Origin: Podarcis vaucheri
Taxonomy: Eukaryota
Length of the DNA stretch: 64,000 bases
Assembly: GCA_965113315.1 (NCBI GenBank)
Contig: OZ220376.1
Reading direction: 5' to 3' (one strand)
A program made the position numbers and the translations under genes. Of the stretch, positions 40,344-58,989 are shown in pieces. The notes below the pieces were generated by a model. It was not told where the DNA came from. It searched no databases and saw nothing but the letters and a program-made list of their open reading frames with translations. Positions within the stretch are counted from its first letter, which is position 1, and each line of letters begins with the position of its first letter.

Positions 40344-41959
40344 GTAGGCCAGGCAGCAGAGCACCAAGTTGAAGGGCATGAGGGGGGCTGTTGGATAACC
40401 AAAGCCTTTTCCCATCCGTGGCTCTAAGGGCTTTTATTAAGGAGTATGTGTGTGTCTACCTGCAGTGCCCTGAAGGGGTACCCAAAGGGTTTCACCTTAG
40501 CTGGCTTGCTGTTTTTGTTGTCCTCGGGTCACCACAGACCTGGATTCTGAAAAAGAGGCCTTGCCACAATTTGGGTTAAAACTGCTTCCATAGGAGGGAG
40601 GGAGTGGGGATCCAAAGTGCCCTGGTCTCTTCCCCCTTGCTCTGAAATCCCCCAAACACTACTGAGCATGAAATCACCGTGGTTAGCACTGTCCTCCTTG
40701 GCCAAGGTGGGATAGGGTGGTACCTCTTGGCTGCAATGAAGCCTTGTTACCTGCCTGCTGTTGTCTTCAGGGCGTGAAAGAGTTCAAGTGTGAAGTGTGC
40801 GGGCGAGAGTTCACGCTGCAGGCCAACATGAAGCGCCACATGCTGATCCACACCAGTGTGCGCCCCTACCAGTGCCACATCTGCTTCAAGACCTTTGTGC
40901 AGAAGCAGACACTCAAGACCCACATGATCGTCCACTCGCCCGTCAAGCCCTTCAAGTGCAAGGTAGGTGGCAGAAGTGCAAAGAGCAGAAGCTGCCATGG
41001 GTGGTGGACTATGAAGAGCCTGAGATCAGGGCAAAACGGAGTGGCAGAGGCTGCAAAGACAGGCCAGACTCAACTCCCAGAGTGGCAGTGGTCATTTCCA
41101 GAACAGACTTCCCACATAAGCAACATATCCACCCTCCTCTCAAGCACAGCTTAGTCATTCCGGTTTTGCCAGCTGCCTGGACTGAGCCCGGAAATTATTT
41201 TGCTGACGGCTTTCAGAGCTGAGTGTGGAGTGGATCCTGGTTCTTTGCCATTGGCCTGGAAGGGCAACTGGGGTGGATGCAGGCAGGTGAATCCCACCCC
41301 TGCTGCCCACAGTCCAAGCTGCCCCAGCCTCTGCCGACAGGTGATCATCTCCTTTTCCCACCCCACCTTCCGCAGGTGTGTGGGAAATCCTTCAACCGCA
41401 TGTACAACCTCCTGGGCCACATGCACTTGCACGCAGGCAGCAAACCCTTCAAGTGCCCTTACTGTTCCAGCAAGTTCAACCTGAAGGGCAACCTCAGCCG
41501 GCACATGAAGGTCAAGCATGGGGTGATGGACATCAGCCTGGACAGCCAAGGTAGGTGGAGTGGGGAGGGAGCTGGAGGGATGGGTCTAAGGCATCCTACC
41601 CCCCCCCCCCAAGCCCTGAAAGGCAGAGGCAGCCTTCTCATGCTGAAAGGCTGCACTGCAGCTCCCTCTGCAGGCTGTCTTGGCTTGCTGGCAAAGGAGG
41701 CTGTGGTGGCCAGTGCTGAATCCACATTGCCTGCCATTGCAGCACTACCGCCCAGGTGCTGCTCACTTCTTGTCCTGTTGTCCCCTCAGATCCGATGCTG
41801 GAGCTGGCAGGTGATCATGCAGAGCTGGACGGACAGCAGGAGATGGAGGACTACGAGGAGGAAAACTCGTATGACTATGGGGTGGTGGGGAACCCTGCCA
41901 ACGAGTCTGCCTTGACCGAACACGCCATGAAGGAAATGGCCTACTACAGCATGTTGTAG
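38919..41959 (+). CDS. ZNF710: Zinc finger protein 710; join(38919-40343,40771-40962,41376-41550,41790-41959), about 653 aa
   Basis: N-terminus SGTQTDAVVVLSLAQAAVLGLV, LDRLDINVQIDDSYLVE, a tandem C2H2 array, and C-terminus AMKEMAYYSML*. Splice sites are canonical and exon lengths 1425+192+175+170 stay in frame. Confidence 0.96.
39772..39903. other. Assembly gap (132 N) inside the ZNF710 zinc-finger exon
   Basis: Run of N; reading frame preserved across it. Confidence 0.99.
40771..40962 (+). CDS. ZNF710: ZNF710 coding exon 2
   Basis: ttcag|GVKEFKCEVCGREF...VKPFKCK|GTAGGT. Confidence 0.95.
41376..41550 (+). CDS. ZNF710: ZNF710 coding exon 3
   Basis: cgcag|VCGKSFNRMYNLLGHMHLH...MDISLDSQ G|GTAGGT. 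Confidence 0.95.
41790..41959 (+). CDS. ZNF710: ZNF710 last coding exon
   Basis: cctcag|(D)PMLELAGDHAELDGQQEMEDYEE...AYYSML*. Confidence 0.94.
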
Positions 41960-42593
41960 CCTGGGGCAGACTGAGTGAAGAAGGGGACAAGCAGCGGTTT
42001 CCACCCCCTCCGAAAAGCTCTGTTCGGGCAGCACGGAATTTGATACTCTTGTCCTCTTCAGCCGTTTAGTCCTGCACTGGATCTGTGGAAGTCTTGCTGC
42101 CACCAACCCTTGACTGGGCTCTGCTGCTGGACTGAGCTGGCAGTACTATTCTCTCCAGCTTGAAAGGACCAGGAGGGGGCAGCACTTGCCTTAGACTACC
42201 TCCCACAGCACCTTGCACCCAGCACAAAGAAGCAGAAGGCCTTGTAGTGGTGCTGATAGGCCAGGACCAGCTAGAGCTGAGTGCTACAGACACCAGGCTG
42301 TACTGCAGAGCCAAACTGGATCAGCTCCTGTATGTTTCTCTTACAAACTACCTCTGCCCTGCGCACAAAAAGAGGGGGACACAGAGCAGGGTCTCTGCCC
42401 CAAAACCAAATGGGTCTTGAGTGCCCCTTTGCCCATCCCCTATCCCTGGCAGAGCAGTTAAGCCAGCCTGCTGTGGAGAACATCCCTGTGCAGCCTGTGG
42501 CCATCTTAAATTATTATGTCATTTCCACAAGGTGGATTGTCCCACTTGTGCATAGATCTACTGTGTTTATTTTCTGTTCTGAAGAAGTTCAGC

Positions 42594-42741
42594 AATAAAG
42601 GAATACTCTTTGGAAGAAGAGCCAGATGAGTTGGTGCTGAAGCAAAAGACGGGGTGTGGGAGAGGTTCAAGGGGGGCTGAGACTTGCCTTTCCCCAGAAA
42701 AGAGTCACCATAACAGACAGTCAACACTGGGAATCAATAAA
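42594..42741 (+). terminator. ZNF710 candidate polyadenylation signals
   Basis: AATAAA at 42594-42599 and 42736-42741. Confidence 0.55.
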
Positions 42742-42769
42742 AACAACAAGCCATGTGTAAAAGCTATAA

Positions 42770-42775
42770 TTTAAT
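42770..42775 (-). terminator. IDH2 candidate polyadenylation signal
   Basis: ATTAAA on the minus strand about 340 nt after the stop, followed by a GT/T-rich tract (TTGTTGTTTTT). Confidence 0.6.
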
Positions 42776-43115
42776 AGCTCTATTTGGCACCACGAGGCCC
42801 AAACCACAGTACATAAATTACAGCACAAACCATTATGACCGCCTGGCAGGGGGTGGGGGGTCCAGCACTGAGACCTTCCCCCAAGCCAGCAGTAGCAGCA
42901 GGTGGGACATGTTATTGGAGCCCAAGTAGGGCGGCTAAAAAAGTTTTTAAAAAACTACCAGGTTACAAAAATGTCCCTGGTTGACAGTACAAACAGCCAT
43001 AATTTGTTCTGTTAAAAATGAGGCAATCCCCCTTCCTTCATCATGTGCCTCCATGCTATGCTGTGCCCTCCTCCACCCACTACCAGCACGTTCCAGCGCC
43101 CCCCTCCAGCTCCTC

Positions 43116-50839
<7,724 letters not shown>

Positions 50840-53800
50840 CGTGGCGGCGGACGGAGGAAGAGGAAATGGAGGACGTGCAGGCGGCAGTGGCGGCGGCGGC
50901 GGCGGCGGCAAAGAGAAGCCGAGCAGCCGAAGCGCGCCAGGCGGAGCAGATGAAGCGGCCGCCCGCCTGCCCTGCCCCCTAAGTCCCCGCGCTTTGGGAA
51001 CCTCCCCGTCGGGGCGGGGCGCCGAGGTCCGAAGCGGGCCACCCGGGAAATAGACACGCAGCGGCAGCAGCCATTGTTCTTTTACTGCCCCTTTGGTTCC
51101 CGCGAGTGCCACGCTCTTGCCCTCCCTTGGGCGACAGCATCTCCACTGCCTTTGTTGCCCGCCCGCCCCCCCCGCCCCCCCCCGCGTTACAAATGTGGCC
51201 TTCGCGGGGGCGCTGCGCGGTGGGGTGCCCTAGACGCCCAGCACGGAGGGCTACCCAGCTCACTCCCCACTGCTTCGCCTTGTGCTTGGGCAACAGTAGC
51301 TGCAACCGCCAGACAGGCGGGCGGGAGCGCCAAGGCCAGGTCTGGCTGCTGATAAAAGACATCCATCGAGACGAGAGGCGAAGGCCAGCTTCCCAGGATG
51401 CGCTCCTGTGCTGGACGTGGCCTGCCTGGGCCGCCGTCGGGGCTGAAGGGCATTGGTAGAGCCGGAGGGCATTGCGCCATTTGTTTGCACACAGACGACA
51501 GCCGCCGATCGCCACTAATCCAGGAGCTCGCAGCAAATAGCCCCGGGGAAGAGGGGCCGGAGCGGAGCAGATCAGGGTCCAGGCTGGGCTGGAAGGGCAA
51601 CCTTGGCTCCCCTGCCTTGCAGCGTGGTGCCCAAGAGAGAAGCCCCGTGGGGACTTCCTACGAGGGCCCCTCCTTCCATTCCGCCTGGAGGTGCAAGAAG
51701 CCCTCTTGACAACCCAGCCAAAGGGAGGAGGGAGCCCCTTTGGGAAGGCAGGCACTGGGCCTGGAGGGCTAGTACCCGTTGGCATGGTGGGAGTCGGAGC
51801 TGGCACTGAGCACAGTGCAATCCAAGCAGCCCTTGCTTTGCTCTTGGCTTGAACCACCCAGGGTCAGCACTGGCTGAGCTGTTAAGGTCAAAACACAAGA
51901 ACAGTCTGGCTGCTGGATCAGTCCAAAGAGGGGCCACCCAGAATCCTGTCCTCATGGTGGCCAACCAGATACCCCAGAAGGAAGGCCATGATCCCCTGCA
52001 GCTAGCATTTAGAGGCATCCTGCCTCCGGCAGTGGAGGTAGCGCAAAGCAATCTCTTCCTTGAATTTCTTTAATCCTTGTATCTGTGGTCAGCCTCAGTT
52101 GGAACACATCGCTGTTAAACATCTGTTAGTCTGCCCCTTATATAGAGACCCAAAAGATCGTTTTCTGAAACCTTTGTTCACAGAAGCAAGCAGGTGCATC
52201 CCGGCAGAAACGGTCCAGTTTCCTTTGGGTGACAATAATAGCTTTGTAACATACAGCGTGGCCCTCTATCCACCAGCTGCAAATAACTATCAGGAAAAGG
52301 GAGTTCGATAGAACACTATAAAGTTGTGGTGAGGTTTAATTTTAAATCAAACTGGATTTGAGTTTGTGGGTGTATCTGGCAACCTCTGTCTTACATCACT
52401 GATGTTGCCTCATATTATGGATGTATGATCTCTATTGTTTTATTGGGACTGTGGCTGCAGGTTTCTAGCCTTTGGCTAGAACAATAAACTTTGATTGACT
52501 GACACAGCCAGGACCTTGCATGCTCTCAGGGCAGAAACACAAGAAAGGAGTCACACAAACACACTCACCAGCAACACCACCAGTCAGGAAGCAGCCTGCC
52601 AAGACCACCCCAGCTTGAGTTTGGGGAGAGAGGAGGAGTTGCCCCTCTGCCCTCTTGGCTGCAAGGCCTCAGCCAGCAGAGCAGTTGAGCAATTTAGACT
52701 TTGGACTTAATTCAGTTTAATTCTGCCCATCACCCCCTTTAGAGTTGTGTGCTGACTGTGTATGGGGTGGCGTTGTCCTGCCCATTCTGCCAAGTGGGGG
52801 CTTCTGCCCCAAAGCTCTGCCTCAAGGGCACCATATAGCTGACCCCTACACCTACACGCATCAAAGTTCCAACTAAACGGGAGCTGGGTAGTCCAGCAGC
52901 ATGTAGAGGGCCAAAGGCTCGCCCCACTCCAGTCCTGGTGGAGATGCCACTAAGTTTGATTTACCAATGTTCTTGACTAGATCAGAGACAGCATGCATGG
53001 ACTGCAACTCCCATTAGCCCCAGGCATAATGAGGCAACAGTGAAGGATAATAGAAGTTATAGGCAAAGGTCTGCTTTAGAGCTTCCCCCTTACCCAGCCT
53101 TGCCTACCGAGTGGTTGGCCAGTTGGACATCCCCCTGGGGAAGAGAGGAGAGGGGGACAGGAAGGCTAGGGGGCACCAGGGCAGAGCCAGGGTTCCCTGT
53201 GTGTGAGAGAGAGGGAATCTCCAGGGCTGTAGGGGTCACTCAGTCTGGGCTGCACTGGCTCATGCTGAGTGTGAGCACTTGTGACAACAGAATATAACTG
53301 CTTCTTTCCTACATGCTCAAAATTCCTTGACCTTTTCATGCATGAACAGACCAGCCGTTTGTTCTGCGGCTTCTTTCAGTTCTCTGTAATGGATTCCCAT
53401 CCTTTACACTACCTATCTGTGAAATGGGTAGATGTCTTCTAGAATGACTGTGCATAAGACTGCACTGGACCTGCAGCTTGACATGCTATTTGCCACAGGG
53501 CTCACCAGCTGCTTGGGATACCTGCACTGGGCTCACTCATAGTTGCTACTCATGAGACAATTGGCATCTGAACTGTGTTGTGCTGCTTGGCCATTGGAGA
53601 TTAGAAAGCACATGTTTTTTGGCAAACTTCATCCTTGAAGCACCAGCCTCTGCTTCTTGCCTCCTGGGCATGGCTTGTTTGCCCTGAGCCACTGGGCTCC
53701 TCCCCTGGCAGCATGCTGGGCTCCAGGCTAGAGTTACTTGGCAAGAGTTGGCCGCTCTGGCCATGACTGGCTTCATCTTGGAGGAGGCCTCCTTGGTGCT

Positions 53801-55522
53801 GGACAGGCTTAGGCAATGGATCCAGGAGGGGAGAGGGCTCATGTGCTTGAATCCTGCTTTCAGGTTTCCCACAGCATCTGGCTGGCTGCTGTGAGTACAG
53901 GATGCAGGACTACATGAGCCCATTTGGCCTGATCTGGCAGTTTCTTCTTATGTTCCTAGTATTCTCTGATTGACTGAGCCAAGGAGACAGACCCAGAGGC
54001 ACTCCAAGAGGCCAGCCTGTTTACCTCCCCTCCTTAGGAAGAGGCTTGGTACTGCTCTCCTTCTCACTTGGGCCTCCTTGACTCTGCTTCCCACGGGGCA
54101 GGAAAGGGTGCCAGTTTGGCACCCTGGTGGTTGCAGGCAGGGTTGGGCACCCTTCCATGCAAACTCTGCATTTGCCCAGGATCCCTTTCAACAGCAGCTG
54201 TGATCTTCTGGAATTGCCAGCCTCGCCAACTTTCAGACAAGATCTTTTAATTGAGCACAGACTTGATGACTTAACAGACATTAAAGCACAAAGTTTCCTC
54301 ATAATTACGGCGTGTAAAATCTTCTCATGGGTTGCAAAAGTTGTCTTGTTGGATTTAGGCACCGCCTAGACTGTGGTCCTTTGCAGACCGCAATGTGCTT
54401 TTCAGGCAGGCCTGGAGAGACAATACGTGTCTCTCAGCTCCAAGATTAGGCATATTGCATGTTTAGGAGAGGGTGAGAATGGAGTTGCTCTGGCTGCAAA
54501 AAACAACTCACCCACCTCCTGTGCCTATACACAATGTGTGGCAATGCACAAGTGGCTCTTCTGACATCTCTCACAGAGTTAGAGTGAGAAAACAGAAAGA
54601 GAACTTGAGTGGAATCTACACACATATTAAAAAACCACTGTGAAAATGCTTTTTTAAAAAAACGTTTTGAAAAATACATTGAATTTGCCATAGCTCACTG
54701 TCACCATCTAGTGTCACACAACACACTTAAGATGTTTTATTTGCAGCTGTGCAGCTGGAGTCCTAGCTCTTGGCAGGGCCCCTATTGGAACAGGCTGCAT
54801 ACAAAACCCCTGCTTCTGGACAAACCGAAAACTCACAAGTGTCTAAATCTGAGGCCCGATTTGAGCTTGAGGACCCTGGGCAAATGGCCATCCTACCTGT
54901 CTGCCCCGCCCCCCATCGCCCTAATTGGCCCTGACTGTAAAAAGATGCAGCCACTCACCAGTAGCAATGACGGCTAGATTCTGGCATTTCTTCTTACCTT
55001 CTACTTACCTATGGTGCAAATATCTTCTGCACTGCATCAGGTACCCAGAGCCTGAGGTTGCATCTGCAGCATGGACAGATCCGCAGGGTCTGTAGGTCCA
55101 TGTGTGTTTATGGTACAGAAGCAAATACACTAGCTTAGATCCAATGAAGCCATGTTTGTCTCTTGGACAAGCGAGGCAAGATTGCAACTTTTTTATGTGC
55201 AGATATTTATAAAGATTCTCTCTCTCAAAAAAACCCCACCTATGCTGCTTGCTAAGGCTCATGCCCATATGGCAATGCTTTCAAAACCAGGATGGTTTAA
55301 ACAGAAATGTTTCAACTGGATTATAGAGGTTGGATGGCCTCCGGTCAGGGATTCTTTAGCTGTGATTCCTGCATTGCAAGGGGTTGGACTAGATGGCCCT
55401 TGGGGATCCCTTCCAACCCTACAATTCTATGAGTCTATGATCTGGGCTTGGAAAGTTCGGTTTTGGTCCCATTATATAAATGAACCAATTTATTTGGGAT
55501 TGGTCTTGGTGACCAAAAGTTT

Positions 55523-55979
55523 TTGGTTTTTTTTAATAAGATATTTATTTAGATTTTCAGAAAAATTACAGAATAAAAGGAAAAAGGAAAAATACAAAAT
55601 ACAAAATAAAAATAGTTAAAAAAAACCAGTTCAATCTTTCTATCACATATTTTTCATTTGCTTATTTCCCAGACCTCCTCACGCCTTCCTTTTCTGTATT
55701 CCAGTTCCAATTGTTAATTCAGCAAATCCCTCCCCTCTTCATTCATCTTAATCTTCAATTTTGAAATGTTTATAACATTAATTTTTTTTACCTATTAATA
55801 ACCATTTTCTCATATTCCCTTATAGCATTACAGCAAAAGACCACTTAGTTTCTATCCAACATCATTCTAACATTCATTAATTTTACAATGTTTCTGTAAA
55901 TAATCTTTGAACTTTTTCCAATCTTCTTCCACCGACTCTTCTCCCTGGTCTCGGATTCTGCCAGTCATTTCTGCCAGTT
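55523..55979 (-). mobile_element. 5'-truncated L1-clade LINE with 17-bp TSD
   Basis: TSD TTGGTGACCAAAAGTTT at 55506-55522 and 55980-55996; T-rich tail at left; AEMTGRIRD ORF2 end related to the 12.6-kb copy. Confidence 0.8.
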
Positions 55980-57882
55980 TTGGTGACCAAAAGTTTCTAG
56001 TCTGCATTAGAGTCCTCTTGTGGTTCTTACTGTGTCTTATTGCTGCATGGTGATTTTATTTAATTTTTGTCATTGGCATCTGTGTGTTCCAGACTGGAAG
56101 AGAGGTGGGAAGGAAAAGTCGCAAACAAGCAGAAATAATCTCAGAAGCTTCATGGGGGATATTGATCAGTGAGAACAAACAGGCACCCAAATGCAGAATA
56201 GCCAATGGTCAGGGGAGATGGGAATTGTCCAAAAACATCTGGAGACCCCCCACGGGATACCCCTTCCTACCCAAAGGGCTCCCCATACAGAAAGGAACAC
56301 CTGAAAAAAAGGAGAAATTAAATACTTAGTGGGATGGAATGGGACATAGCATCAGTTGGAGAGCAGAGCAGGAAAGAACAGCCCAGGAAACAAGCAAACA
56401 AAGCTAACCCATGACTTCTCTTGAACTTATAACACATGATAAGCTTCTAAGCTTGACCACTCAGACAGCAGTTAAATGAGGTCCAGGCAACTCTTAAACA
56501 AACTGCAAACATAGGAGATAGCACAGCTGAGCTGCAGAACAAAGTACACGATGCGTTGTAAAAATATAAATGAAGAGTATCTCAAACAAGAAGACCTTGA
56601 AAAAGATGGCCACCAAAAGCTTCATTTTCTGACTTTGCTAAAGCAGTAGGGGGTTCAGGCACAGAAATCTCCCTTGGAAGTTGACTTGGCCAGCTCCTGG
56701 AACTGGAAGAAATGGGCAAGGCCTCCATGCACTGAAGGTAAGTCCTGAGCAGGCTTGGAAGCTGGTGCCCCTGAGCCCTGACATGTCTGCGGCCTCCACA
56801 ATAAAGCATACACCATCTTTCTCCTCTCATGGAGAAGCAAAGATCCCAGTGGAGGGGACTTGCAAGATTTATGCACAATAAAACAAAGGAGACAATATTA
56901 GCTGAAGCCAGAAAAAAGTTGCTCACTCAAAGAATTGATTCTACAAACTCCTTATTCCTGAAAAATATTTTTATACCACCCTTCATTAATAATACCATGG
57001 TGGTTCAAAACAATGCAATTATATTAAAACTGGTACATTAAAATATATACAGTAATAAAATACATCACAGGCCAGCCAGATGTCACCCAAAAATGCCTTC
57101 TGGGTTGACTTCAGCAAGCAGGAAAAGCCCATCAACGCTGGTGCCTTATTTCAAAGGAGAGGCCATTCCAGAAGCTGGGTGCCACAACAGAAAAGTCCCT
57201 TATTTGGGTTGTTGCAGGAAGGATCTCAGCACATACGCAAGACAAGCTCATCCGAGGATCCTTGAATTGGGCTGGTGCATACAGGAGAAGGCCTTCCTTC
57301 AGGTTCTCTCACTTCATTTATACATCAAGAATAAGAAAGATAAGCACAATATTTAAGGAAACAGTTTTTTATCATCATCATCCATTTTGCATACAGAAGG
57401 TCCTAGGCCCAATTTCTGGTGGCATTTCCAGGTAAGGATGGGAGATAACCCTGCCTGAAACCCTGGAGAGCTTCTGCCAGTCCGTGTAGACAGTGCTAAG
57501 CTAGATGGAACAATAGTCTGCCTCTGGGAAGGACACTTGCTGTGTCTCTGTTACTTTTTCTCTCTCCGTTTTGTCTTTTGCTTCACAACCGGCCTGGAGA
57601 GGAGGCCTGGAGAACCTGGAATCTCCCTCCCTCCCTCCTGCCCTTTCTCTTAGTGAAGTGGTTGCTCTCTTGTGGTTTGGAGGTGTTCTCTTCCCTGCAA
57701 GAACCAATACAGCTCAGGACACATTTTGCTCTTTAACCTTCGTTTTCTTTGGCTGGTTTTCTTGGCATAATTCTTGGTGGGTTTGAGCTGGAAGCCAAAG
57801 ACAGTCAATGTTGCTTTCCTTTCTTCTGCTGCTGGCATTTCGCCAAGGAAGATCACTGGAACAGACACCTGTCCTTGTAGGG

Positions 57883-58760
57883 CATGGGTTGGCAAACTAA
57901 GGTCCGCGGGCCAGTTCAGGCCCAATTGCCTTTTAGATCCGGTCTGCGGACGGTCCGGGAATTCAGACAGTCAGAGTAGTGCGAGAGCGCGCATGATGGT
58001 TTTTGTGACTCAGCCAGGCTTGGGGGTCAAAAGTGAGGCTAGTGGCTGCTCAAGACAAGACCCTTCTTCGTCCTCATGCATGCGCAGCAACCATATCTTC
58101 CAGGATTGGGGGTGGGGAAGAGGGAAAAGGATCCAGAGTTTGGATTTCCACCATGGAGCTGCCGGCAATTGACCTCAGGAAGGGCAGTTGCGGCAGCAGG
58201 GGCTTGAAGGCGCCTCGGGAGCGATGCCCGCTGGTGTCTGTGGCGGCAGTGCTCCCCACCAAAGGAAGCAGGGAGCACCTGGGAGGCTGCACTCCAAAGC
58301 AGTTCTGCGCTCTGCTGGGGAGGCCGCTCGTTAGCTACACGGTGTGAGCCATGGAAAGGTAAATAGCCGTCGCCGCCTTGTCTTCCCTCACGCAGGGAAA
58401 AGAACATTTTTGCTTGAGCGGCACTGGCCTGACTTAGCGTGGCCAACGGCTTTTCCCTGCACACACATGCACACACGCTCTCCAGGGCTGACAGAAATGG
58501 CACACTTACCTCAGCCTCCCACCCTGCCTTATGAGAGAAATAATAACTGTCAACGATTAAAACGCAAATGAAGCAGTGTGGGTGTATGTGGGAACACCCC
58601 CCCAAAAAAAAAAATCACATTTGGGCAACGTTGGGGTTGGTCCCAATAAGGGTTTTTGCCAGAAATGTGGGTCATAATCATGGCGACATAGAGTCCGGCC
58701 CCCTACAAGGTCTGAGGGACAGTGGACTGGCCCCCTGCTGAAAATGTTTGTTGACCCCTG
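57883..58760. mobile_element. Non-autonomous hAT (Charlie-type) DNA transposon carrying captured host sequence (Pack-TIR)
   Basis: Imperfect TIRs CATGGGTTGGCAAACT / TGTTTGTTGACCCCTG; 8-bp TSD TTGTAGGG (57875-57882) / CTGTAGGG (58761-58768); GGCCC-type subterminal motifs; no transposase ORF. Confidence 0.85.
58153..58358 (+). pseudogene. CRPPA: Captured, decayed copy of CRPPA (ISPD, CDP-ribitol pyrophosphorylase) coding exon 1
   Basis: ccaccATGG...[41 protein letters not shown]|GTAAAT resembles vertebrate ISPD [41 protein letters not shown]. It has an in-frame TGA at 58345 and a phase-2 donor, and no downstream exons are in the window. Confidence 0.85.
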
Positions 58761-58946
58761 CTGTAGGGGCTTCTCTGGATGAACAAAGGCGCCCCTCCAG
58801 GTACCAACCGCCTTATAGGGCTCCATGCGCATCCCGCCATTGCCCGCCAGAGGCCGCTGCTTCCTCGCTCCGTGGCAGCGCCACTTGCTTTCACCTTCGG
58901 GAATCCCTTCGCTTAATTCCGCATTCTGGAAAATCCTCCCTGCAGG

Positions 58947-58963
58947 AGCGCCCCCTGGAGGGC
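58947..58963 (-). promoter_or_regulatory. Candidate CTCF site
   Basis: GCCCTCCAGGGGGCGCT on the minus strand. Confidence 0.5.
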
Positions 58964-58989
58964 ATTGATCGAGTTGCATAAGGAAATGG

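Noticed and set aside
39288-40415. 375-aa minus-strand ORF
   Set aside because: Antisense shadow of the GC3-rich ZNF710 exon; also spans the N gap.
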